A stretch of 64,000 bases of DNA from a virus (lineage: Duplodnaviria; Caudoviricetes): the IMG/VR virus record IMGVR_UViG_3300009095_000011, positions 32,001 through 96,000 of that record; one strand, given 5' to 3'. The translations under genes were made by a program, and so were the position numbers. Of this stretch, positions 8,383 to 16,989 are shown in pieces (within the stretch, counting starts at the first letter, position 1; each line of letters begins with the position of its first letter). The notes below the pieces were generated by a model, which worked only from the letters and a program-made list of their open reading frames with translations, was not told the DNA's origin and ran no database searches.

Positions 8383-10233
8383 CTAATTTAAATGCACAAT
8401 TTCGCTTATTGCGTTGATTTTCTTAACAATGATGATATTCTCATAATTGATATTTGCAATATAATTATTACTATCATCTTTCTCAACATTAACAAGTTGA
8501 CTAATTAATAAGATATTGATATTGATATCATTGAGAGATTTAACAAGAATTTCAATACCTAATGAATCAAGTGATTCCAATATCTCATCCAGGACAATGA
8601 AGTTAAGCCCTCTGCCATCAGTTGAGATATTAATGAGCTTCTGCATAGCAAGGATGACAGATATTTCAATACGTGCTTTCTCACCACCTGATAGACCATA
8701 GAATGAACCAACATCAATTCCATTCTTTAATACAATGACATTGATCTTTTCTCTGATATCTTTACCCTTATTGACTTCTTTATATCCCTCAATTTTGATT
8801 CTGATATTAGATTTTAATTGCTCAAGATAAAAATTAGCATAGCTCTCAATTGCACATAATGATTGATTGGCAAGATAACCTTTGAACCTTTTGAAATTGA
8901 TCAGCCATTCTTCACATTTAGACAATTGTTGATTTGTATCTTCTAATTGTTTTTGATATTGTTCATTCTCAGATTGTAAAGTTTCAATCTTTTGTAAAGT
9001 CTCTGCATCTTTTGAATTTTCTATTTTACTGAGGTCTTTAATAGTGCTTTCAAATGATTTGTTTTCATTATTGAGCATATTGATTTCACGAGTGTATTTA
9101 GTGATATCAAATTGTAATTCATCATATTGAGATTGACTGTATTTTTTATCCTTTTGTAGCTGTTCCAGTTGAGTATTAATAATCTGTTGCTGGAATAGAA
9201 CGTCTTTAAGAGATTCCTGGATGATAGGAAGATTCTCTCTTAATTCTACAAGGGGAATTGATTTATCTTTGAATGAGAATTTATGATTGCAATTTGGACA
9301 CTGTACTTCATCGCCCAAATGTTTTTCAATATCCCTTAATACAGTTTCATATTCTTTTTCAGTAGTTTTAAGTTCTTTTAATTGTGGATCAAATTCACTG
9401 ATTGATTTAGTGTAATCAGCAAGCAATAATTTATGATCTTCAAGGTAAGATTGATTACTTTCAATTAATTGTTTCTTGACTTCAATTTGTTCAATATTGA
9501 CAGTAATTTTATCTTGATATTGCTTAATCAGTTCACCATTATCATTGCTATCTTGATCAATACTTTCAATGTAAGCCTCAATCTTACTTTCATTAGCGTG
9601 AATCCTTCGCTCTAAGGCATTCTTTTTATCTGAATAAGTATTGATGTCGTCTTTAATAGAATCATCGATAGGATCAATTATATATGCCTTAGAGAACCTA
9701 TTAATAAGATCTTTCTTGGCAGTATCGGAACTATTAAAGAATGAGGTATATTTTTCTTTACTGATAATGAAGTAATCAGAGATATGATCACTTGAAAGTC
9801 CAAATGTTTCCAATACAAACGATTTGCATTGATTAACATCAAGTCTTTTCTTTTCCTGATCGTTTACAAGCAAGTGTTCAGGAACTTTGTCATTAATTTC
9901 AACCCAATATTCAGATGGAGTAGTATTGGCAAATACTTTCTTTCTGATATATAGAGTTTGATTGAGTACTTCGCTTCTAAACCAACCCTCAACTATAAAG
10001 AATTTTTCACCATAAAATATTGCATTGGCTTTATTGATCTTTCGTAGGTATGAATCTGTAGTAAGGAAATATAAAGCCTCAATGATCCAGCTTTTACCAC
10101 TTCCATTGCTTTTCTGCCCATCATCAGTTTCATTAATTCCACAAAGCAAGGAAGTTTGGTTGGTGGGGAATGTGTATTCGGTGTTTTTATGGGAACCGAA
10201 ATTAGTAAGTACGATTTTATGAGGTGTGTACAT
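8383..10233 (-). CDS. sbcC: SbcC/Rad50-like recombination ATPase
   Basis: Walker A NGSGKS, coiled coil with CPNC zinc hook, LSGGE signature and Walker B IVLDE. Confidence 0.92.
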   Translation of the reverse strand: MYTPHKIVLTNFGSHKNTEYTFPTNQTSLLCGINETDDGQKSNGSGKSWIIEALYFLTTDSYLRKINKANAIFYGEKFFIVEGWFRSEVLNQTLYIRKKVFANTTPSEYWVEINDKVPEHLLVNDQEKKRLDVNQCKSFVLETFGLSSDHISDYFIISKEKYTSFFNSSDTAKKDLINRFSKAYIIDPIDDSIKDDINTYSDKKNALERRIHANESKIEAYIESIDQDSNDNGELIKQYQDKITVNIEQIEVKKQLIESNQSYLEDHKLLLADYTKSISEFDPQLKELKTTEKEYETVLRDIEKHLGDEVQCPNCNHKFSFKDKSIPLVELRENLPIIQESLKDVLFQQQIINTQLEQLQKDKKYSQSQYDELQFDITKYTREINMLNNENKSFESTIKDLSKIENSKDAETLQKIETLQSENEQYQKQLEDTNQQLSKCEEWLINFKRFKGYLANQSLCAIESYANFYLEQLKSNIRIKIEGYKEVNKGKDIREKINVIVLKNGIDVGSFYGLSGGEKARIEISVILAMQKLINISTDGRGLNFIVLDEILESLDSLGIEILVKSLNDININILLISQLVNVEKDDSNNYIANINYENIIIVKKINAISEIVHLN

Positions 10234-10811
10234 TATGATTTATTGGATTTAAGACTAAATGCTGCCCTTACAAGACTAAGATATGTTTCATCTCTAATAT
10301 GATATCCTTTTCGGTGCCAATGTGGTATTCTCATTAAACAATCTCTAACAACTCTTAGATCATCAAATGAAGTAGGTATTAATTGTTGTTGATCAAAACT
10401 TACTCTATCAATGTGAATTGTATTTGCTTCCAATTCTTTTTTGTATCCAATCTTTCCATTTTGTATTATAAATTTAGATTGGCTTATTTTAAATTCAAAT
10501 TGAGTTGTGGGAACTTTAAGCAATTGAATAATAATTCCGTTAAAATTATAAGTCTTAGCTGTTTTAGTTTCATACATAAAAACAAAATCTTTATTATCGT
10601 TTATGAAATTGCTGAAACTTAAATCAGTTGTTTCAAAATCATAATCTTTAGGATCTCTATCATCTAATATATCAACAACTGCACCACCAATTAGGTGAGC
10701 TTCAATATAGCTATATTTTTTATTTTCATTTGCTTTAGCAATAATCTCCATAAACTGTTTAATGACAGGATGAGATTCTAATTTTTCAATCATTTGCAAT
10801 TCAGTCATCAT
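10233..10811 (-). CDS. Nucleotidyltransferase (PolyA-pol/CCA-head-like)
   Basis: IGGAVVDILDDRDPKDYDF, i.e. a GG...DxD motif. Confidence 0.65.
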   Translation of the reverse strand: MMTELQMIEKLESHPVIKQFMEIIAKANENKKYSYIEAHLIGGAVVDILDDRDPKDYDFETTDLSFSNFINDNKDFVFMYETKTAKTYNFNGIIIQLLKVPTTQFEFKISQSKFIIQNGKIGYKKELEANTIHIDRVSFDQQQLIPTSFDDLRVVRDCLMRIPHWHRKGYHIRDETYLSLVRAAFSLKSNKS

Positions 10812-11833
10812 ATCTCTTTCAATTTTTCAAGTCCATATTTATTATCAGTAATTTTATTATCGCTACAGAACGATTTAAAAGCGTCTACAATCGATTTTTT
10901 ATTATGGGTGATGTTCTTACTCATTTCCTTATCAGATAATGGCTTATCGACGGTATTATGGCTTAAATCAAAGGAGATACCAGCTTGAGTTAACAAGGAA
11001 GTGTCAAATGACTTGACTTTGGCTTGATCACCCTTGATTTTGATTCGGATATTATTGCCACTTTGTTTTTCTTGTTGAAGTTGTAGGATTTCTTTTGAGG
11101 TAAGTTGTTCAACATTGATTTCATATTTGATGTACAAAGGAAAGTGAGATTGAATAAATTCAATTGATCCATCATTATAAAGAATTGTAAAACCCTTTTG
11201 ATCATCCTCTCCAAAGTTGGCCTGATATGTACTTCCGATATAATGAATTGGGAATTGATCAAAACTCTGTCTATTATGGAAATGACCTACTAAAGTTTTA
11301 TCAAATTGTGCAAATGCATTTGCTGGCACTACATCTTGTTGCACTGATCCATCATTATTATTTACCCCGTTGATTGCAACATGGGTTAGGAGGATGTTTG
11401 TTTCTTTAGTATCAATATTGATATCTTGCAATCTTTGCATATAACTTCCAGATTCTTTGAAGAATGGCAGAAAATGTACATTAATGTTGCCAAAATGTAC
11501 ATTTGAATAATCTCGTATAACTACAAAGATAGTTGAATTGAATACATCAAGAAAGCTATCCTCACTATCATAATCTGTTCGATCGTGATTACCGGCTATG
11601 ATGGCCACCATGATCTTATTATCTTTGAACTTATCAATTATCCTCTGAGTAGCCTTTAATACAGATAATGGCTGTCCAGTACGTGAATTAAACCAATCCC
11701 CACCATGAAGGATTGTGTCTATTTTCAATTCCTTGCATTTAGCAATAGCCTGATCAAAGATGTTTTCTACAAGAGAAATATTGTCAGGCTTTAGGTGTGT
11801 ATCTGTTAGTATGAGTGCTATGGGTTTCTTCAT
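10808..11833 (-). CDS. sbcD: SbcD/Mre11-like metallophosphoesterase nuclease
   Basis: TDTH, GGDWF, GNHD and GHFH motifs; adjacent to the SbcC-like gene. Confidence 0.92.
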   Translation of the reverse strand: MKKPIALILTDTHLKPDNISLVENIFDQAIAKCKELKIDTILHGGDWFNSRTGQPLSVLKATQRIIDKFKDNKIMVAIIAGNHDRTDYDSEDSFLDVFNSTIFVVIRDYSNVHFGNINVHFLPFFKESGSYMQRLQDINIDTKETNILLTHVAINGVNNNDGSVQQDVVPANAFAQFDKTLVGHFHNRQSFDQFPIHYIGSTYQANFGEDDQKGFTILYNDGSIEFIQSHFPLYIKYEINVEQLTSKEILQLQQEKQSGNNIRIKIKGDQAKVKSFDTSLLTQAGISFDLSHNTVDKPLSDKEMSKNITHNKKSIVDAFKSFCSDNKITDNKYGLEKLKEI

Positions 11834-12011
11834 GTTCTCTTTTGATTGCTTGTAAATTATCTTCTATGTATTCAAACACTTCTCGGTAAGTTTTATAAGT
11901 GTAAGATTTAGGGCTTATGTTTTCTTTAAGCCACAGTAAATGATGCGCAGGAACGTAAATCATTTCAGTTCCCTTATGTTTACCAAATGGCATTATATCG
12001 GTGTCTTTCAT
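11784..12011 (-). CDS. DUF3820-like small protein
   Basis: MPFGKHKG...VPAHHLLWL motif; likely start MKDTD at about 12011. Confidence 0.7.
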   Translation of the reverse strand: MKDTDIMPFGKHKGTEMIYVPAHHLLWLKENISPKSYTYKTYREVFEYIEDNLQAIKREHEETHSTHTNRYTPKA

Positions 12012-12021
12012 AGCACAGTAA

Positions 12022-12138
12022 TTAAGAATTGACAAACTTCTTTACTCTATTGGGAATGCGAGGTAATTCACGAAATTCTGCAAGAAGATGTTGATCTGTG
12101 AGATCATGAGGCAGGATGCCTATATTGATGCGAGTCAT
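12022..12138 (-). pseudogene. denV: Truncated pyrimidine-dimer glycosylase (T4 endonuclease V-like) N-terminus
   Basis: Manual translation MTRINIGILPHDLTDQHLLAEFRELPRIPNRVKKFVNS* matches the DenV N-terminal MTRIN...L.DQHL.AE.RELPR pattern but stops after 38 aa. Confidence 0.8.
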
Positions 12139-12197
12139 GTTACAATTTTTGTTTACGATTTATGATGTAAATGTAAGGATTATATTTCGCAAAGTCA

Positions 12198-12444
12198 GTG
12201 AACTACACATCCACACTTCGTGATGAATGTGCTTCGAGTTTCATAGCTTGTGCTTACTGCTTCCGAAGAAGTTAGGAGTCTTATTTTTGCTCCACTCGTG
12301 TACTCGCAAGTCCCTTACGAGGTTTTAATGTCTTATACTGACAATGCAAATATATAACAAATATTTTAATCTACCAAATTATTTTGTATTTTTTGTCGCT
12401 TACATCCAAACCACTAAAGATGGTTTGGTTTTACGCTCCGTCAT
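12198..12444 (-). mobile_element. Non-autonomous IS200/IS605-family mini-element (LE + promoter + omegaRNA-like RE, no ORF)
   Basis: Terminal hairpins (catccaaaccactaaagatggtttgg and acatccacacttcgtgatgaatgt). On the minus strand it is preceded by TTTAT and ends ...GTAGTTCAC. It contains a TATATTTG promoter and a GTGGAG...ATAAGAC...CTATGAA...GAAGC tract resembling tnpB 3' ends. Confidence 0.65.
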
Positions 12445-12445
12445 A

Positions 12446-12476
12446 TAAAAATGGGGGAGAAATATTCTCCCCCATC
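12446..12476 (-). terminator. Intrinsic terminator after the SSB gene
   Basis: atgggggaga-aatat-tctcccccat hairpin plus TTTTT on the minus strand. Confidence 0.75.
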
Positions 12477-12504
12477 TCTAACAACCATATAACCTAAACA
12501 ACAA

Positions 12505-13665
12505 CTATTTACCTTTATTCATCTTAGCTTTTAATGCAGCTAATTTTTGCTTCATTTCGTCAGGAGAAAGATTTTTTGATGGATAATTCTGCACAGGATC
12601 AGCTTCGACAGCAACCTTTTCAACTTCTGGCTCAGATTCATCCTGCTGCATTTCTTTGATCCACCTATCATCCTTACCATTAGATTGATTTACAGGATGA
12701 TCAGCTTTAGGTTGACCACCTTTTTCAAATGGCAAGCCATTATCATCAGTATCATCGCTATCTTTTGATTCAGGAGCATCAGGATACAAGGCAGCAAGTT
12801 CTTCGCATACATTTAGGAAATCATCATCTGCAAATACTCCAAGTGCATTTTGTTGATCGTATAGTTCAAGTCCCTCAATTGCTTTCTCAAAATCTTTAGA
12901 AGTATAAGAATTAACAAATAAGGATTCTAAAGAATCCATTTCGGCAAACTTTTCAAGATCGCTATCTGAAAGAGGTGCTGAAATTGGAACAAAATCTTTA
13001 GTAACGAAACTAACCTTATATACATCTTGAGGCTTTACATCATCGCCAGTGTTATATACAATCTTTACCAAACGTCCTGTATCTGGATCAGTGAACGGAT
13101 CAACTTGCATAGGTTGATCTGAATCTTCACTCATACCCAATTCATCTTGTTTGTATTTGATAGAGGGTTTTACTTCTAAACGACCAAAAGAAGTTCCTTT
13201 GGAGTTTTTAACATTAGCATATCCTACCCAAGAGTACACAGGATTAATTCCTGTTTTCCAGTGGTACAACGAATCAATCTTTTTCTTGATTTCAGACGCA
13301 TCTGTTTCATCTCTTTGAATGATTCTTTTTGCTGCTGCTATATATTCCTCAACAATATCTTTAGGTGTGCCAGCATGAATACGAGCATTAAACACAGGTC
13401 GCTTTTTTAATTCAACCTTTTTCTTACCCTTATCGTCAGTTGTTTCTATATTAAAAGGCAACCAACTGATACATTTTTGATAAATATAGCTCAGAGTATT
13501 GGGGTGTGGTGGATACCACCTTACAACATTATCTCCCTTCTCAAGATTGATATATCCTGGACGAGTGTTGTTGTTTTTAGGTCTAAGAGCTTCTGCTTCT
13601 TGTTTTTGTTTTTGTAGGTCAGCTACTTTAGCTGCCTGAAATTTTGACCGATCAAATTTTGCCAT
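12505..13665 (-). CDS. Putative single-stranded DNA-binding protein (gp32-like)
   Basis: GDNVVRWYPP, DPFTDPDTGRLVKI and a long acidic C-terminal tail; upstream of sbcCD. Confidence 0.65.
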   Translation of the reverse strand: MAKFDRSKFQAAKVADLQKQKQEAEALRPKNNNTRPGYINLEKGDNVVRWYPPHPNTLSYIYQKCISWLPFNIETTDDKGKKKVELKKRPVFNARIHAGTPKDIVEEYIAAAKRIIQRDETDASEIKKKIDSLYHWKTGINPVYSWVGYANVKNSKGTSFGRLEVKPSIKYKQDELGMSEDSDQPMQVDPFTDPDTGRLVKIVYNTGDDVKPQDVYKVSFVTKDFVPISAPLSDSDLEKFAEMDSLESLFVNSYTSKDFEKAIEGLELYDQQNALGVFADDDFLNVCEELAALYPDAPESKDSDDTDDNGLPFEKGGQPKADHPVNQSNGKDDRWIKEMQQDESEPEVEKVAVEADPVQNYPSKNLSPDEMKQKLAALKAKMNKGK

Positions 13666-13722
13666 TGTTTAATTTAATTGTTTTTGCTTTGTTTATATAT
13701 ACCTTATTGATTGAATAAGTTC

Positions 13723-14037
13723 TTAATTATTATTGATTACAACGAATTGATTTGCATTGAATGTGATGGGCTTGTCTTTGATGAAGATCGACTGAATCTC
13801 TTCAAATTCAAAGTGAAGGATTCCATTAATGACATGCTGTCTTTTGATTGTGTAATTGTTGAATAATCGTGGGAGGTCTGGTTTTAATGCCTTGATGATT
13901 CGTTTATCTAATTGATGAGAGAAATCATCATTAATACAAAAAACCTTAATTTTAACAGTTTTGTTTACAATTTCCATAATAGCCTTATTAGTTTGAAAAA
14001 TTTTGATAAAAATAATAGATCGTGATTTAAAACACAA
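13723..14037 (-). CDS. Hypothetical protein
   Basis: ORF track; the start is uncertain. Confidence 0.5.
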   Translation of the reverse strand: MCFKSRSIIFIKIFQTNKAIMEIVNKTVKIKVFCINDDFSHQLDKRIIKALKPDLPRLFNNYTIKRQHVINGILHFEFEEIQSIFIKDKPITFNANQFVVINNN

Positions 14038-14045
14038 GCAAAATA

Positions 14046-14624
14046 TTAATTTTTAATTTCATAACCTGCTTCATTTGGCGATGGAATATACACATTGTGC
14101 TCTATTGCAGCCCAATCTCTTATTGATTCAATATATTGACTAAATTCATAAGTGTCTTTGTCAGTGGTTGTTAATGGAATATTTCGAGTTTGAGTGATTG
14201 TAATAAACTTACCATACTTAGGCCAATTGTCAATATCAATCACTGTATATTTTGGTAACAAAGGGAGCTTATTGGAACTGATTAGCATATCATTGATATC
14301 TTTTTCTTCGAGATATTGTGCAGGTTTTTCAAATTCAAATATACTATCATCATAAACCTCAAAGTATTCGGTTTTTATTTCAATCTTTCTGCTATTGAAT
14401 TGTAGTTTGAGAATCTCATGCATCTCATCTGTATTATATCCAAAATAATCACTAAGGATTTTAACTACCACTGCAAAATAGTAACTGTTCTGTTCCCTTG
14501 ATCTATTTCTTCGATACTTCTTTATAGAAAACCAGTAAGCAATATCTTCAAGTGTTTCAAGATGTTTGAGTACTTTATCTCTGTGATGAGGATTAGACCA
14601 GTCTATAAGGATATCAAGGTTCAT
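14046..14624 (-). CDS. NinB-like recombination protein with internal insertion
   Basis: [13 protein letters not shown]...EMHEILK and TT...[14 protein letters not shown]...IPSPNE motifs. Confidence 0.7.
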   Translation of the reverse strand: MNLDILIDWSNPHHRDKVLKHLETLEDIAYWFSIKKYRRNRSREQNSYYFAVVVKILSDYFGYNTDEMHEILKLQFNSRKIEIKTEYFEVYDDSIFEFEKPAQYLEEKDINDMLISSNKLPLLPKYTVIDIDNWPKYGKFITITQTRNIPLTTTDKDTYEFSQYIESIRDWAAIEHNVYIPSPNEAGYEIKN

Positions 14625-15433
14625 ATTGGTAATGGAATTTTATTGAGCAAATTAGTACTTACATGGGTGTATATTTCTGTAGTCTTACTTGAATTGTGTC
14701 CTAATAACTTCTGAATTATCCTTATATCAGTTCCATTCTCTAACAATGAAGTTGCACTTGAATGTCTTAATTGATGAAAATGATATTGATTGCCCAAATA
14801 TTTCTTTATAATTTGATTACAAGAAGTGGATGAATATTGAAGACAATTTTGACCATTAAATAAATATTCTTTTGGTTTATATTGTTTATAATAGTCTCTA
14901 AGTAATTTAAGAATATTTTCACTTAATGGGACAACTCTATCTTTTCTACCCTTGGCATTTTTGATATTAATTATCATTCGCTTACTGTCAATATCCTTAA
15001 TTTTAAGATTGATTACCTCAGATACCCTAAGTCCTACAGAATATGCAAGCGAAATAATTGCTTTATGTTTAATGTTTTCAATCTTGGGAATCTTATCTAA
15101 AAGATATTTTTGATCGATTATTTGAGGTAATTTTTTCTCTTTCTTTGGTCTGGTAAATGAAACCTTATCATACTTTTTGTTTAAGCCAAACTTATATAAA
15201 AACCTAATGGCATTTATGACTTGATTTTGTTGAGAAATAGAGGAGAAATTGTATTGATCAAGATAGGATTGGAAATCGCTTGCAACTAAATGTTGATAAT
15301 ACTTACCTGTACTTTGAATAAACTTATCTATATAGTGAATATAGATACTTATCGTTCTTTCTGAGTAATTAAGATATTTAAGCTTTCGTTCGCAAATCTT
15401 TAAAATATCTTCTTTTTTCTTATTCATAATCAA
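14621..15433 (-). CDS. Tyrosine recombinase, integron-integrase-like/Xer-like, without the IntI I2 insertion
   Basis: N-terminal SAM-like YSERTISIY...[14 protein letters not shown]; catalytic R (GLRVSE), K (KGRKDR), HQLRH, LGH and Y (TTEIYTHV). Probable ATG at 15427. Confidence 0.92.
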   Translation of the reverse strand: MIMNKKKEDILKICERKLKYLNYSERTISIYIHYIDKFIQSTGKYYQHLVASDFQSYLDQYNFSSISQQNQVINAIRFLYKFGLNKKYDKVSFTRPKKEKKLPQIIDQKYLLDKIPKIENIKHKAIISLAYSVGLRVSEVINLKIKDIDSKRMIINIKNAKGRKDRVVPLSENILKLLRDYYKQYKPKEYLFNGQNCLQYSSTSCNQIIKKYLGNQYHFHQLRHSSATSLLENGTDIRIIQKLLGHNSSKTTEIYTHVSTNLLNKIPLPI

Positions 15434-15472
15434 TAGTTTACAAGTTAAATCTTATATATAATAGTTAGGCAC
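15434..15472 (+). other. Candidate attI-like primary recombination site
   Basis: Non-palindromic site next to the integrase start, ending ataataG/TTAGGCAC, with further GTT repeats at 15436 and 15444. Confidence 0.55.
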
Positions 15473-15480
15473 AATAAAAA

Positions 15481-15786
15481 TTATTCCTCTGGTGTATCTA
15501 ACATATATCTCCAATATTTAACGTCTGTAAAATCAGTGTACCAACTACCAGCACCTAAAATAAACCAATTATATTCGTGTTTGGGACTACCAGTTCTTTT
15601 TATCAACTGTAATTTTGCTGGAGTCCATATATCATCATAAAACACCAAAACATAATCACTTTCTCTTTTTTCTTCAACACTTCCTTCTCTTTTATCGCAT
15701 TCTGCAATTTCCCAAACTTCATTTCCTAGTTTTGGTATTTCATTAATTGTCAGTTTATAGTCCATAATTTTAAAAGTGCCTAACAA
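15481..15786 (-). CDS. Cassette 1 hypothetical protein (array 2)
   Basis: ORF track; flanked by GTTAGGCAC (15464) and GTGCCTAAC (15776). The likely start is the internal MDYK. Confidence 0.7.
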   Translation of the reverse strand: MLGTFKIMDYKLTINEIPKLGNEVWEIAECDKREGSVEEKRESDYVLVFYDDIWTPAKLQLIKRTGSPKHEYNWFILGAGSWYTDFTDVKYWRYMLDTPEE

Positions 15787-15901
15787 AGTGTATAAGCAAT
15801 AGCCGTTAGACGTTTTAAACTATTGCAGTTGTTAATAATAATTTTTATTCTTCTAGTCAAGTTTTGTGTTCGGCTACTGCTCATACACTAAACCGTTGTG
15901 C
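15776..15901 (+). repeat. attC-like hairpin site 1 (array 2)
   Basis: gtgcctAAC-aa-agtgtataagcaatagccg ... cggctactgctcatacact-aaacc-GTTgtgc. Confidence 0.85.
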
Positions 15902-15907
15902 GCAATA

Positions 15908-16177
15908 CTACTCCGCTGGCTCATACGTTTTCACAAATATATCAGGCTTGCAGGGGTAAAATTCACCGTGTACGCCCTTTATAATCCAATCGCCTTTACG
16001 GGCTAAGTGGTCGCCTTCAAGAGTTTCAATGTAAAATGTTTGCGTTCCCATTTCTCCGGGCTTCCACTTGGTTAATCCCATATTCATAATGTGCTGCCAG
16101 CTTTCATCTGTGCCATCCCATTGAGCAGCTTCAATTACAACAGGTTTCTTTCTAAATTTCATATTCGTACTGCGCAC
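15908..16177 (-). CDS. Cassette 2 conserved small phage protein (PGDYG-like)
   Basis: [11 protein letters not shown]...IETLEG...[23 protein letters not shown]. Confidence 0.8.
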   Translation of the reverse strand: MRSTNMKFRKKPVVIEAAQWDGTDESWQHIMNMGLTKWKPGEMGTQTFYIETLEGDHLARKGDWIIKGVHGEFYPCKPDIFVKTYEPAE

Positions 16178-16301
16178 AACACAAAATAAAATGCAGTGGG
16201 TTGTACGTCTTATTTACACTGCTTGCCTGTCTGTTAGTTTCGGTCAGTCGGACAGCTCAGGCTTATCTATCCCACCGACATTTTATTCAAATTCGTTGTA
16301 G
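16167..16301 (+). repeat. attC-like hairpin site 2 (array 2)
   Basis: gtactgcgcacAAC-acaa-aataaaatgcagtggg ... cccaccgacattttatt-caaattc-GTTgtag. The left end is complementary (13/14) to gttgtgcgcaatac at 15895. Confidence 0.85.
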
Positions 16302-16305
16302 GCAA

Positions 16306-16587
16306 TTAGTCTGCCCTTTCACCACTTCCAAAACAAGTAAGACAGGGCAATATTTCATTAGTACCTTTACCACTAAAACCTTCGCCTTCACAATTCGGGC
16401 AAACTAACTGTTCGCTTTGCCCTACAACATTAGATAAAACCAATAATGCTTGGTCTATCTGCCGTTCTTCTTCTTGTAATTCAGACGCTATTTCAGCTAT
16501 ATACTGATCTACTTCTTTTGGCATTTTCTGAAACTTTTTATCTATTTCAGACTTTCGTTTTATAAGGATGTTTATTACTTTCTTCAT
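16306..16587 (-). CDS. Cassette 3 protein: coiled-coil N-part encoded in the attC loop plus a CxxCxGxG zinc-finger C-part
   Basis: 93 aa; reads through the left arm as ALLVLSNVVGQSEQL; CPNCEGEG and CLTCFGSG motifs. Confidence 0.75.
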   Translation of the reverse strand: MKKVINILIKRKSEIDKKFQKMPKEVDQYIAEIASELQEEERQIDQALLVLSNVVGQSEQLVCPNCEGEGFSGKGTNEILPCLTCFGSGERAD

Positions 16588-16619
16588 CGCATTACTGTTT
16601 TTATCATTATACGTTGTGC
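16417..16619 (+). repeat. attC-like hairpin site 3 with a long coding loop (array 2)
   Basis: ttgccctacAAC-atta-gataaaaccaataatgc ... gcattactgtttttatc-attatac-GTTgtgc. Confidence 0.75.
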
Positions 16620-16620
16620 G

Positions 16621-16836
16621 CTATAATGGCTGAACACCTTCATCTTTCATTAATTCTTGTGCTTCTTTTGTAGCCATCAATACAGCTAATGCGGCATCAG
16701 CCATTCTTTCGACTTGATTTTTCCCGTACCAACAAAAGTCTTGTAATACAGGTAATTCAAATACCTTATCAATTGCATCAATTAATTCTTTTCTTACATC
16801 TTGTTCTTGCTTTGAAATCATAATATTACAGCGCAC
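16621..16836 (-). CDS. Cassette 4 hypothetical protein (array 2)
   Basis: ORF track; flanked by gttgtgcgctataat (16613) and attacagcgcacaac (16825), which are 14/15 complementary. Confidence 0.7.
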   Translation of the reverse strand: MRCNIMISKQEQDVRKELIDAIDKVFELPVLQDFCWYGKNQVERMADAALAVLMATKEAQELMKDEGVQPL

Positions 16837-16963
16837 AACATTGTATATAAATCAGTGGCGTTGTACGTCTATTTTGAACCACCTTTGCTGTTAATTTAGT
16901 TTTGTGCGGTTAGCAATCTTACAGCTATTAATCGCCACCGCTTCATATACTTTACCGTTGTGG
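16825..16963 (+). repeat. attC-like hairpin site 4 (array 2)
   Basis: gcgcacAAC-att-gtatataaatcagtggcg ... cgccaccgcttcatatac-tttacc-GTTgtgg. The loop start resembles that of site 2 (cagtgg(g/cg)ttgtacgtct). Confidence 0.85.
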
Positions 16964-16989
16964 TGCATTAAAACGATTGCACAACAACC

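Noticed and set aside
14621-15433. Integrase read as evidence of a prophage / temperate lifestyle
   Set aside because: There is no repressor, no attL/attR or host-gene junction in the window, and the gene is physically tied to the cassette array. A temperate lifestyle is not excluded, but it is unsupported.
15464-16988. Hairpin array interpreted as a CRISPR array, REP elements or simple terminators
   Set aside because: The units are not identical repeats with spacers, they lack U-tracts, and the cassette-specific complementary AAC/GTT ends fit attC-like sites better.
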